A stretch of DNA of 45,943 bases, taken from Candidatus Micrarchaeaceae archaeon (GTDB lineage Archaea > Micrarchaeota > Micrarchaeia > Micrarchaeales > CABMGC01). The DNA lies in contig JAVZVY010000002.1 in the NCBI GenBank assembly GCA_038878295.1, positions 1 through 45,943 of the forward strand, written 5' to 3'. Under the pieces are notes generated by a model. That model was not told where the DNA came from. It was given only the letters and a program-made list of their open reading frames with translations, and made no database searches. Every line of letters begins with the position of its first letter. Position 1 is the stretch's first letter. The translations under genes were made by a program, and so were the position numbers. Shown piece after piece: positions 17,515-26,195 of this stretch.

Positions 17515-18675
17515 TTATTCTCTCTTGATTTTAATGAGCTCACTTGCATCGACGCCATCTCTGGATAATGTATCCAAAAGCATTTTTCCTAGCTCTATTG
17601 TGGCTTTGTTTGCCTTGAAGTAACCTGCGTATTTGCTGAGTTCTGAGATTGATAGCCTCATGTATTTGTCGCGCTGCTCCAATGCATACTCCAGCGAACC
17701 TGTTTTGTTAACTATTTCTACAAGTCTTTCTATTTTTGGCTTGTTTTCTGCCTTTTCCCTTTCAGACCTGCTCTTCTGATACATTGAATTTATAAATTTC
17801 TTATCAGAATCGTTTGCGGCGTTATATGCATGCGCCATTATGAGCGTATATTTCCCTTCGTATAAGTCCCCATATTGGGTTTTGCCAAAATTCTTTGGCT
17901 TCAGAAAATCCAAGATGTCATCGTTTATCTGGAATGCTATTCCGGCTGGTTCGCCTATGGCTTTCAATGCGTCTAGGACCTCTTCATCCTGCTCAGCAAC
18001 TATGGCTGCGAACTGCAATGGGCCATAGATCGTATAGGCCGACGTCTTAGCCTTTGCAATATTATAGTATAAAGAGTCATCTACCTTTGAGAAATCTCGT
18101 ATATTATACATGAATAATAGTTCTTGAAGCTGACCGCTTGCGGTTATGGTTGCAATCTCGTCGAACTTTGCATTCAGCCTGTCTGAAACTTCCGCTTTCA
18201 GGGTTTTGCTGTAATCCCTTAGCATCCGCCTTATTTTATCGTGCAATACATAAGCATAGTGCACTGCTAATTCATCGCCGTATTTTGCATTTGTTGTAGG
18301 ACCGCCTCTTCTGAGCAATGCGTGATCCTGCATGTCGTCATATTTCAGTATGGCCTCCTCAGACATCTCTATTGTCGCAGCCATGAGAAGCAAGCTGCTG
18401 TCTAGCTTAAGGCCAAAAGCCTTCGCCGCATAAATGAATAACAATGGCCTTGAATAATGTCCGCCTCTTTCTATGTAATCGGTCAGGCCTTCATAGTATT
18501 CTCGTCCCTGCGCTTTTTCTGGTTCCAAGTATGACAGCATGATGTTTTTGATTTCTGTCTTTAGTTCTTCCTGAGTGGCCTTGTCATAAAGCGAGCTATT
18601 AACTTTGCGATTATTTTCGTACAACAAAGCACCAGTAGGATCGTTATTGCATCTGCTATAAGCATTGCACAGCAA
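17515..18675 (-). CDS. Polyprenyl synthetase (trans-isoprenyl diphosphate synthase) family protein
   Basis: The first Asp-rich motif is YDDMQDHALLRRGGPT and the second is GIAFQINDDILDF. The start codon is uncertain (TTG at 18675). Confidence 0.75.
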   Translation of the reverse strand: MLCNAYSRCNNDPTGALLYENNRKVNSSLYDKATQEELKTEIKNIMLSYLEPEKAQGREYYEGLTDYIERGGHYSRPLLFIYAAKAFGLKLDSSLLLMAATIEMSEEAILKYDDMQDHALLRRGGPTTNAKYGDELAVHYAYVLHDKIRRMLRDYSKTLKAEVSDRLNAKFDEIATITASGQLQELLFMYNIRDFSKVDDSLYYNIAKAKTSAYTIYGPLQFAAIVAEQDEEVLDALKAIGEPAGIAFQINDDILDFLKPKNFGKTQYGDLYEGKYTLIMAHAYNAANDSDKKFINSMYQKSRSEREKAENKPKIERLVEIVNKTGSLEYALEQRDKYMRLSISELSKYAGYFKANKATIELGKMLLDTLSRDGVDASELIKIKRE

Positions 18676-18811
18676 ATTATAAATAGTCTAGTATGGAAAT
18701 ATGCTTGAGTGATTTGAGCAATCTGAAATATCACGGATTTTTAAGGAAATATAAGAGGCCATTGAAATTGGAAAATTATAGAAACAAGGCAGCAAGCAAT
18801 TCTTAGCTTGA

Positions 18812-20038
18812 TTAGCCGATCCTAATGCTGACCTTCTTTTTGTAATATAGATTAAATAATTTTTCTATGTTCTCTTTAGTTGAACTTATTTTCGCAAGAA
18901 TTGTAGCCTGCTTTTCTTCGTTCGCCTTTATGGCGTTTTCTATGTTTTCCTTGCCCTTCTTTAGGTCTTCTATTTCGTCAAGCAGCGCTCTTACGTCGTT
19001 TAGCTCGCTTAGAAGAGGCTTCTCTTTTTCGCTTAATTCTGAAACTTCATAGATTGCATCAAGCATGTTTGAGCTGAGCACAATGTCGAGTCGCTGCTTT
19101 ATCGAGTCAAGCTCTCTTTGATTAGGCTCTATCAAAGCGATCTTTGACCGCATGTCTCTCACTGCATCGATGAACTTTGAATATGATTCGCTGCTGCGCA
19201 TAGCCTCAAATGGGTTCTTTATGGCTTCCATAAGCTTGAATTTGCTTGCAACGCTATGGTCGTATTTCCTAGCCACGCGCTCAAGCGGGGCCAGCATCGC
19301 GTTTATTTCTGCGGCTATCGACTTCTTCTTCTGTTCTATACTCTCTATTTCTTTTGAGAGGTCGCTTATCTTCACTGATAGCCGCGCTATTTCGGCTTCG
19401 TCAACGCTGCGCTGTTCTGCGCGCGCCCTTTCCTGTTGAATCGCAACGCTTTCGGAGTTCAATGCGGAAAACTCATCGATCAATGCGGAAAGCTTCGCAA
19501 TTGAAGCGATTAGATTTTTGTGGTTTAAGAAGTCAACAGAGCCTTTATCTATCTCAAGCCTAAGCGCGGCCATGTCATTCTCAAGAGCCTTGAAAGCTTT
19601 CTTTATGTTGCCAAAATAGCCACCGTAGCCTACGAGCACGCCGCGGAAAACCGCATTCAGCTTGAGCATGTCTTCCATCGCGCCCTCAAAAAGAGCCTTC
19701 TTAGCAAGCAGTTCCTCGTATTTGGTAGGCGCTTTTGCCGCGCTTATGCTATGCCTCAGCGAGTCTATAATTGATACGAGCTCTTTGACATAGCGGGGTT
19801 TCTGCTCGGCTATGGCTTTGGATGAGCCGCTAGCTATCGACTCAAGGTCTGGCATAGCATCAAGCTTGCCCAGCTCGGCGCATGCTTCCTCGAAGCGCTT
19901 AAGAGAGCCATCGAGCTTAGCCATGGATTTGGCGCACCTTGAGTTAACCTTGCTCAACTTTCCATCAAAGAGAGCTATAGCATAGCCACCCAACGCGTCA
20001 GCTGATATTTCTTCGGCTCTACGCTTTCCAAACAACAT
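18812..20038 (-). CDS. Hypothetical 408-aa coiled-coil protein
   Basis: Long heptad-like Glu/Lys/Leu/Ala-rich stretches. No TM segment, no Walker motif and no recognised family. Confidence 0.5.
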   Translation of the reverse strand: MLFGKRRAEEISADALGGYAIALFDGKLSKVNSRCAKSMAKLDGSLKRFEEACAELGKLDAMPDLESIASGSSKAIAEQKPRYVKELVSIIDSLRHSISAAKAPTKYEELLAKKALFEGAMEDMLKLNAVFRGVLVGYGGYFGNIKKAFKALENDMAALRLEIDKGSVDFLNHKNLIASIAKLSALIDEFSALNSESVAIQQERARAEQRSVDEAEIARLSVKISDLSKEIESIEQKKKSIAAEINAMLAPLERVARKYDHSVASKFKLMEAIKNPFEAMRSSESYSKFIDAVRDMRSKIALIEPNQRELDSIKQRLDIVLSSNMLDAIYEVSELSEKEKPLLSELNDVRALLDEIEDLKKGKENIENAIKANEEKQATILAKISSTKENIEKLFNLYYKKKVSIRIG

Positions 20039-20086
20039 CTACACACAATTTGATTTACCCGGCAAATTATAAATATGCGAATGCGT

Positions 20087-21064
20087 TCACGCATTGGAGG
20101 TGCTGTTGAAGTATGCGTAAAGAAACGCACCCCAAGCCGGAGACGGCGTTCCAGAAGAGGGATTTGAAAGATTGAGGAGGCCGAAGTTGTTGCCCAGCTC
20201 GCCATCTGAGAGCCCCCACAGATCGTACCAGTACACTCGCTTTACAAAGCTCATGCTGTTGAAGAGCGTCAGGCTGCTTGCAAGGAACTCTTCCTGCAGC
20301 TTTGGCGTATATCCAGGTATCAGCGCCGAAGACGATGGAACGCCGAATTCAGTAATCCATATGGGCTTGCCTGTAAGGCTTTCGTATTCGTTTAGGCTTT
20401 CCATCCATTCCCGTTTGCCTGAGCTGTTTAACGGACCTGCTGCCTGCGGGTAAGCGTGTATTGATATCGCATTGCAGTAGTTTGAGGCGCCGTATGCCCA
20501 TACCTGTGCGTACCAGTAATACGCATATTGATTTGCGATTGGCGCGCCGCCGAAGCATACTATAGTTGCATTGGGCTCCTTAGCCTTTATTATCGCATAG
20601 GCGCTTTTTATTACCTCGTAGTAGTTGTAAGGGCTGCCATTCATGTAGCCTGTCTGAAACTGGCTTACAAGAGGCTCGTTCCATATCTCCCATGCGGTTA
20701 TCCACGGATAATCGGCAACGGCCTGGGCTACGCTTGCATTCCACTGGCTCAGATTCCAATTATCTCCTTTGACGGTAGCGTAGTCCAAGATACCCAGATA
20801 ATTGGCTCCGTAATTGGAATGCTCAAAGTCAAGAAGATTCTCCTGGGCTTGGCTCAGAGAAATGTCTGTGCGCATGTATTTTACTCCGCTGCTCAAAGCC
20901 AATATCTCGGAGCTTTTGTTTCCGTGAGTGCATATGCCGATTGTGAGATTCAAGTGTCTTGGAAGCGGTATATGACTGCTTTCAGACGCAAACGAAATTA
21001 GCGTCACGGCAATCGCAACTGCGATTGCGGCAATTATTGCAGCTGTAGTTAAAAGTGGGCGCAC
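20087..21064 (-). CDS. Secreted or membrane-anchored clan GH-A glycoside hydrolase (GH5-like)
   Basis: The N-terminal hydrophobic anchor is MRPLLTTAAIIAAIAVAIAVTLISFA. The acid/base motif is WEIWNEP and the nucleophile motif is IWITEFG. Confidence 0.7.
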   Translation of the reverse strand: MRPLLTTAAIIAAIAVAIAVTLISFASESSHIPLPRHLNLTIGICTHGNKSSEILALSSGVKYMRTDISLSQAQENLLDFEHSNYGANYLGILDYATVKGDNWNLSQWNASVAQAVADYPWITAWEIWNEPLVSQFQTGYMNGSPYNYYEVIKSAYAIIKAKEPNATIVCFGGAPIANQYAYYWYAQVWAYGASNYCNAISIHAYPQAAGPLNSSGKREWMESLNEYESLTGKPIWITEFGVPSSSALIPGYTPKLQEEFLASSLTLFNSMSFVKRVYWYDLWGLSDGELGNNFGLLNLSNPSSGTPSPAWGAFLYAYFNSTSNA

Positions 21065-21097
21065 ACTTTCACCATGCGCAACCAGGCGCTTGCAGCT

Positions 21098-21781
21098 CTA
21101 TTTCTGGGCTGCCCTGTTTTTCGCGTCTTTGCCAGCGCGCTTATTAAGCATTCTCTCCATAGCTTCGAGCATCTCCGAATTCGATCTTATTTTGGCCTCT
21201 ATTCTTTTTAGTTTTCTGCTTATCCTTTTTCCTTCTTTGTTCAATAGCATTATCTTTCCGCGCCTGAAAATCCTAAATATGCTCGCATTCTCTTTTGAGA
21301 GCATGTTGTAGATAGAGCTCAGCATTTTGCTGTTTTTCTGCAGCAGCGCATTCAGAGCCAAAGATTTGCTGTTTATTTCGTTCGCAATCCTGTAGTAGTG
21401 GGCGCTTATGCTGCCAATGCTTTTGTTTCTTACAAGCAGGCCTGTTATTACGAGCGATGCCACATCCTCGCCGAAATTTTTCGAGTAGAAATAAGCAATG
21501 GATTCGACAAAGCCCATGTACTGCAGTGCCTTTTCGGCGCTCATCCTGGAAGTGTTTTCTATGAGTTTGTTCACGCAGAAAGCCTCATAGTTGAAGTTAG
21601 GCATTATGCTACTTATGCGATCCACGTGCTCTTCTACGGCCTTTTCTATGTCCCTGCTTTCTATCGCAGATTTCCAGCTGTCCCTTTCCACGCCGTGAAG
21701 TATCCTTTCGACTATCTCAGCGTTTACCTCCATCTCTGGGCCGGATTTTACGCCAGCGTTGGCTATTTCCAGACTGGTCAT
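21098..21781 (-). CDS. Hypothetical 227-aa helical protein with basic C-terminus
   Basis: An uninterrupted ORF in the same-strand gene array. No motif was recognised. Confidence 0.45.
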   Translation of the reverse strand: MTSLEIANAGVKSGPEMEVNAEIVERILHGVERDSWKSAIESRDIEKAVEEHVDRISSIMPNFNYEAFCVNKLIENTSRMSAEKALQYMGFVESIAYFYSKNFGEDVASLVITGLLVRNKSIGSISAHYYRIANEINSKSLALNALLQKNSKMLSSIYNMLSKENASIFRIFRRGKIMLLNKEGKRISRKLKRIEAKIRSNSEMLEAMERMLNKRAGKDAKNRAAQK

Positions 21782-21826
21782 CTCTCACACTGCCATTTGA
21801 TAAATAGAGGGTATTTCCGCACAAAT

Positions 21827-22549
21827 TTATTTATTTCTAACTATGCTGCGCCTCTTGCCAAGCTTCTCTATTATGTCTTTGCCTTCAACGAAGGGCAAGC
21901 CATTAAGCGCCGCGTATTCCATTGCATCGTCCTTAGCAAGTGACTTTCCGTTATCGCCAAGCATCTCTACGATTGCTGCTGATGGAATTATTCCAGCCTC
22001 AGTAGCCAGGACTGTTGTAAGCTCTGTGTGGCCCTTTCTGTCTACGAGCGGCCTTTTTGAAGCTATAAGAGTGTGCACATGTCCGGGAGTCCTGAAATAT
22101 TTGCCAAATTCAGACATTACTGATACGCGCGCCTCCTCGCTGGCATAGCTTGCGATGGCCTTCCCCACAATCTTTGCGAATTCTGATACCGTAAGCGCCC
22201 TGTCAATATCCGATATGCCAGTGAAAGTTTTCCTGTGGTTTATGGTTATTGAAAAGGCCGACTTTTCGTCGTATGGTATATCGTTTGGGTAAAGCTTTTC
22301 GAAAACGGGCAGGCCAGACTTACTGTATATGTTTACAGTGTAGTCCAGTCCGAGCGCTTCGGCGGCTTCAAACGGCATCGTTACGCAGATGAGTCCGCCA
22401 CCGTCCTTCCGCATCGTCCTTATGGCTTCGCTTGTAACGAACTGCGCCCCGAATGTTATGTCAGTTTCGCCTTCTCTGGAAACCGAGTCAAAAACAAGAA
22501 CAGGTTTTCCTCTTCTCAGATTTTCTAGAGCTTCTTCAAAAGTTCCCAT
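21827..22549 (-). CDS. ribB: 3,4-dihydroxy-2-butanone-4-phosphate synthase
   Basis: The N-terminal block LVFDSVSREGETDITFGAQFVT..IRTMRKDGGGLICV is the archaeal RibB signature. Confidence 0.9.
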   Translation of the reverse strand: MGTFEEALENLRRGKPVLVFDSVSREGETDITFGAQFVTSEAIRTMRKDGGGLICVTMPFEAAEALGLDYTVNIYSKSGLPVFEKLYPNDIPYDEKSAFSITINHRKTFTGISDIDRALTVSEFAKIVGKAIASYASEEARVSVMSEFGKYFRTPGHVHTLIASKRPLVDRKGHTELTTVLATEAGIIPSAAIVEMLGDNGKSLAKDDAMEYAALNGLPFVEGKDIIEKLGKRRSIVRNK

Positions 22550-22568
22550 GATTCAGTATTGCAATCAA

Positions 22569-22577
22569 TATTTATAT
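22569..22577 (-). promoter_or_regulatory. TATA-like box for ribB (leaderless-type spacing)
   Basis: ATATAAATA on the - strand is centred about 24 nt upstream of the ribB ATG at 22549. Confidence 0.35.
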
Positions 22578-22651
22578 GCTTGTAAACCTGAGCATTGATG
22601 AGACTACACATGTCGTGCATTGCACAGACATTGCTTTAGAAAAGGCTGAAG

Positions 22652-23242
22652 TCAAGGAGGTGAACCGAGATGATCGAATATGCCTCCATAGCCTATGAAG
22701 AGCGCAATCAACGCAGTTATTATCAGCAATATTGCTAGCAAGTAGTATGCGTATTTGCCGCTGCCTTTTGGATCCGCAAACGCTATAGGAGAAAACAGCG
22801 CTGAAAGAGCCGCAAATAGGTATAGGCCAAACGCTGTTACGAAGTGGTTGCTTGGAGAAAATGCAAACGAAACAGGCCCTTCGAGGTTGAAGGCTATAAT
22901 TCCAGCGAGCTCAACCGCGATGTATATTCCAAGAAAGAATCCAAATATTGAGAGTATCCTTGGATTGGTGTTCTTGTGGAGCATGTACGCGCCGGCCATC
23001 ATTATAAGACCTAGCATCAGTATGGGGTCGCCGAAAAGCATGTTGTATGAGCCTGGCAGAGGCCACTGAAACGACATAACAAAGCCGCTCAGGAAATCGA
23101 AAAGTCCGAGAGTAAATGCGGGAACCACAAGCTCCCCAAGCCATTTCTTGTTTGCCGCTTTACCGATGAAATAGAGCGCGATAACTAAGCTGCTCAGCCC
23201 CAGGCTGAGAAGCATCACAGCAAGCGAATCTACGTATACCAT
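22652..23242 (-). CDS. Integral membrane protein (about 6 TM), function unknown
   Basis: 196 aa, almost entirely hydrophobic helices. It possibly belongs to an archaeal DUF membrane family, which I could not verify. Confidence 0.55.
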   Translation of the reverse strand: MVYVDSLAVMLLSLGLSSLVIALYFIGKAANKKWLGELVVPAFTLGLFDFLSGFVMSFQWPLPGSYNMLFGDPILMLGLIMMAGAYMLHKNTNPRILSIFGFFLGIYIAVELAGIIAFNLEGPVSFAFSPSNHFVTAFGLYLFAALSALFSPIAFADPKGSGKYAYYLLAILLIITALIALFIGYGGIFDHLGSPP

Positions 23243-23352
23243 ATCATCGCCGATTTTTCAATGCGACGCGTAAAAATAAAAAGGTTTCCATGTGCTTTTT
23301 TAGGGTTTGGCGAAGGTTCTAAAAGATGGTCTGATATTATCAATATGGTGGT

Positions 23353-24717
23353 TTGCTGAGCGCACTGAAGAAGGTCCTTTCGCTTACAGATGCTATAATG
23401 ATAAATTTAGGGGCGATAATAGGCGCTGGCATTTTTGTGATAATAGGGATAGCAGCGGGCGCTGCGGGCCCGTCTATAGTAATTTCGATAATCATTGGCG
23501 CGATAATATCGATTTTTACAGGGCTCAGCTTCTCTGAGATAGCGAGCCACGTCGCCAAGGAGGGAGGCGTATACGAGTATGCAAAAGATGCTCTTGCGCC
23601 ATTTGCGGGTTTCCTTGGCGGCTGGCTTTGGTCCTTCGGCAACATGATAGCTGTTGCTGCAGTTTCGTTGAGCCTTGGTGGGTACATAAATTCATTGCTT
23701 GGCGTCTCTTTCAATGTTGCATATTACGCAATTGCTGCTGTGCTGATCTTTACCACTATCAACATATTGGGCATAAAGAATTCAGCGAAAACCCTCAAAC
23801 TGCTTGTGATAGTGAACGTTGCCGTGCTAATCGCTTTTGTTGCGATCGGCGCCTTCTTTTTCCATGCGTCACACTTTGCGGACTTCGCACCTAACGGCTT
23901 AAAGGGTGTTATTACCGGCTCTGCTATAATCTTTTTTGCGTTTACTGGATTTTCTAGGGTTACAACGGTTGGCAGCGAAGTCAAAAATGCTGAGAAGGTG
24001 ATACCAAAAGCGATAATAATCTCAATCATAGTATCAAGCATAATTTACATAGCGGTTGCGGCGGTTGCGGTTGGCTTGGTTCCGTATACAACATTGGCCC
24101 AATCAAAATCTCCGCTCTCTACCGCGATAGCAGTAACCAATATCCGGATTCTGAGCGAAGTGATTGCAGTAGGCGGCATTGCCGCTACGGCCGGGGTAAT
24201 ACTCACAGGGATATTGGGAGTTTCGAGGGTCTTCTTTGCGATGGGCAGGGACAATGAGTTGCCTAAGGGATTGTCAAAGTTAGACAAATTTTCTACGCCA
24301 ATAAATTCCATAATTGTTGCATGCATTATCAGCATCGCGTTTATAGTAGCTGTATCTTTTGAGACGATAGTCGAAGCGTCAAATGCGGCTGTGCTTTCGG
24401 CATACGCAATAATAAACATAGCGGCATTAGAGATGTGGCTAAAATTTAGACGCAGAAAAGGCAAGGCTATGCACCTGAGGGAGCACGGCTATTTCGCTGC
24501 TATACCTGTCATAGGATTTATAGCGATAATTGCGATATTGGCGTATCTAAGCGTTGCGAGCTTGTTCATAGTTGTCGGCATACTTGCAGTTGGTATTGCT
24601 TATTATTCTTACAAATCGCTGCTTGCTTCTAGGGGAGTAAAGCATGCAATAAGCAAAGCGGTGCCAATAATAAGCGAGGTAAGAGAGTTTGGCAAAAGCA
24701 GGGTAGAAAAATCGTAG
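23353..24717 (+). CDS. APC-superfamily amino acid permease
   Basis: 454 aa with about 12 TM helices. The N-terminal block LSLTDAIMINLGAIIGAGIFVIIG is typical of amino acid/polyamine permeases. The start codon is TTG. Confidence 0.85.
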   Translation: MLSALKKVLSLTDAIMINLGAIIGAGIFVIIGIAAGAAGPSIVISIIIGAIISIFTGLSFSEIASHVAKEGGVYEYAKDALAPFAGFLGGWLWSFGNMIAVAAVSLSLGGYINSLLGVSFNVAYYAIAAVLIFTTINILGIKNSAKTLKLLVIVNVAVLIAFVAIGAFFFHASHFADFAPNGLKGVITGSAIIFFAFTGFSRVTTVGSEVKNAEKVIPKAIIISIIVSSIIYIAVAAVAVGLVPYTTLAQSKSPLSTAIAVTNIRILSEVIAVGGIAATAGVILTGILGVSRVFFAMGRDNELPKGLSKLDKFSTPINSIIVACIISIAFIVAVSFETIVEASNAAVLSAYAIINIAALEMWLKFRRRKGKAMHLREHGYFAAIPVIGFIAIIAILAYLSVASLFIVVGILAVGIAYYSYKSLLASRGVKHAISKAVPIISEVREFGKSRVEKS

Positions 24718-24798
24718 AATTCGGCAGTATGCAGGATGGGCCTACTTGCGCGGAAATTATTTATCACGGAGTTGTTAGACCGCCATGCAGGGCATAGC

Positions 24799-24844
24799 TT
24801 TTTATATTTATATATTTTAATGTAATAACATTAAATTACATTAA
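24799..24844 (+). promoter_or_regulatory. TATA-like box plus three phased 7-bp half-sites upstream of the RHH gene (candidate promoter/operator)
   Basis: The TATA-like sequence is ctttttatatttatatatttt. The half-sites are TTAATGT (about 24817-23), ACATTAA (about 24828-34) and ACATTAA (about 24838-44), spaced 10-11 bp apart. The outer pair forms a perfect 10-bp inverted repeat, TTAATGTAAT/ATTACATTAA. The ATG is at 24854. Confidence 0.45.
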
Positions 24845-24853
24845 AGTGCAATT

Positions 24854-25075
24854 ATGGACAGAAAATATACAACAATAACAATCCCAAAACCGTTGTATGC
24901 AAAGCTGTCGAAGTTAATTGGACACACAGGGTTTTCCTCAGTCTCAGACTATGTTACCTATATGCTCAGGGAGACTCTGGCTGAGATAGAAGAAACCAAA
25001 AGGCGGCCTTATAAGGAAAAGTCCGTAGAAAAAAGCGAGATCGTGAAGAAGCTCAGAGCTTTGGGGTATGTTTAA
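24854..25075 (+). CDS. Ribbon-helix-helix (CopG/Arc/MetJ-type) DNA-binding protein
   Basis: YTTITIPKPLYAKLSKLIGHTGFSSVSDYVTYMLRETL fits a strand-helix-helix pattern. It is the first gene of the cysDN-like operon, just downstream of a repeat-bearing promoter. Confidence 0.75.
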   Translation: MDRKYTTITIPKPLYAKLSKLIGHTGFSSVSDYVTYMLRETLAEIEETKRRPYKEKSVEKSEIVKKLRALGYV

Positions 25076-25084
25076 GGTGCTATA

Positions 25085-25399
25085 ATGGCCAAAAAGAAGA
25101 AAACAGAAAGAAACAGAGCGGGAAGCACGAATTTAGAGGCAATTGCAAATGACCTTTGGTCTGATCCTAGCGAGAAGAATTGGAATAAGTTCTATTCTTC
25201 GGTTAAGAAAAGCAAGGCGAGATACTACAAAATAGTCTATGAGACTTTGAAGAACAGCCAGGATCTCATGAAGTCATTTGCGCTGATTTATGATTCTAAG
25301 ATGAAGCAGATAGCGAAGATACCTATAATAAAGAAAAATGGCGGCATCGAAGGTGCAACCATATACTTAAAAGACCTAAAAAACGCAAACGTGTTTTAG
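25085..25399 (+). CDS. Small basic hypothetical protein (104 aa)
   Basis: An AGGTG Shine-Dalgarno-like motif lies about 8 nt upstream. No family was recognised. Confidence 0.45.
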   Translation: MAKKKKTERNRAGSTNLEAIANDLWSDPSEKNWNKFYSSVKKSKARYYKIVYETLKNSQDLMKSFALIYDSKMKQIAKIPIIKKNGGIEGATIYLKDLKNANVF

Positions 25400-25406
25400 T
25401 GATTTT

Positions 25407-26195
25407 ATGATAGAGCAGAACCTTGATAGCTTAGAGGAAAAGAGCATTTACATAATGAGAGAAGCTAAAATGAAATTCAAGAACCTTGCCGCACTTTGGA
25501 GCATGGGCAAGGATTCTACGACAATGCTTGCAATTGCAAGGAAGGCGTTCATGGGCAAAGTACCATTTCCAGTTATACATATAGACAACTCTATAGACTT
25601 CCCAGAAACATACAAATTCAGGGAAGAATTAACTAAAAAGTGGGATCTTGAGCTGATAGTAGCTAAAAGCAAGATAAAGCCTGAGATATCTGGTTTCAGC
25701 TGTTGCGGAGCCAACAAAACAGAGGCGCTTAAGGAGGTAATGAAGGAATACAAATTTGATGCACTTATCGTTTCTATAAGAAGAGACGAACATGCGATAA
25801 GGGCCAAGGAACGCTATGTTTCTCCGAGGGACAGAAATTTCAAGTGGAATTACAAGAACCAGCCTGCTGAACTTTGGGATGACTATTCTTCAAAGATTGA
25901 TGAAGGGGGACATGTGCGCGTGCACCCTCTGCTCGACTGGAACGAGATTGACATATGGAGATACATAAAAAAGGAGCACATACCTGTAAATCCCCTCTAT
26001 TTCTCGAGAAATGGTTACAGGTACAGAAGCTTGGGCTGCACGCACTGCACAGTGCCTATAAAGTCAAACGCAAGCAGCCTCAATGATATAATAAAAGAAC
26101 TGAGCACAACGAGCATAGAGGAACGATCTGGCAGAGAGCAGGACAAAGAGAAAGAGTATGTGATGCAGCGTTTGAGAAGTCTTGGATATATGTAG
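25407..26195 (+). CDS. cysD: Sulfate adenylyltransferase subunit 2-like protein (CysD/NodP family, short form)
   Basis: LEEKSIYIMREA..LWSMGKDSTTMLAIARKAF..VPFPVIHID aligns by eye with E. coli CysD LEAESIHIIREV..LYSIGKDSSVMLHLARKAF..LPFPLLHVD. The motifs RRDE..RAKER and LGC are also present, as is the C-terminal LGYM (E. coli QGYF). Confidence 0.85.
   Translation: MIEQNLDSLEEKSIYIMREAKMKFKNLAALWSMGKDSTTMLAIARKAFMGKVPFPVIHIDNSIDFPETYKFREELTKKWDLELIVAKSKIKPEISGFSCCGANKTEALKEVMKEYKFDALIVSIRRDEHAIRAKERYVSPRDRNFKWNYKNQPAELWDDYSSKIDEGGHVRVHPLLDWNEIDIWRYIKKEHIPVNPLYFSRNGYRYRSLGCTHCTVPIKSNASSLNDIIKELSTTSIEERSGREQDKEKEYVMQRLRSLGYM

Noticed and set aside
22594-22649. Possible C/D-box sRNA (TGATGA ... 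CTGA about 50 nt apart) between ribB and the membrane protein gene
   Set aside because: The C box is preceded by T rather than a purine. No recognisable D'/C' boxes occur at the expected spacing and there is no terminal stem. The nearby TATA box fits the ribB promoter instead.
22550-22651. FMN riboswitch upstream of ribB
   Set aside because: The leader space is only about 100 nt and lacks the conserved FMN-element core. The TATA spacing indicates a leaderless ribB mRNA.
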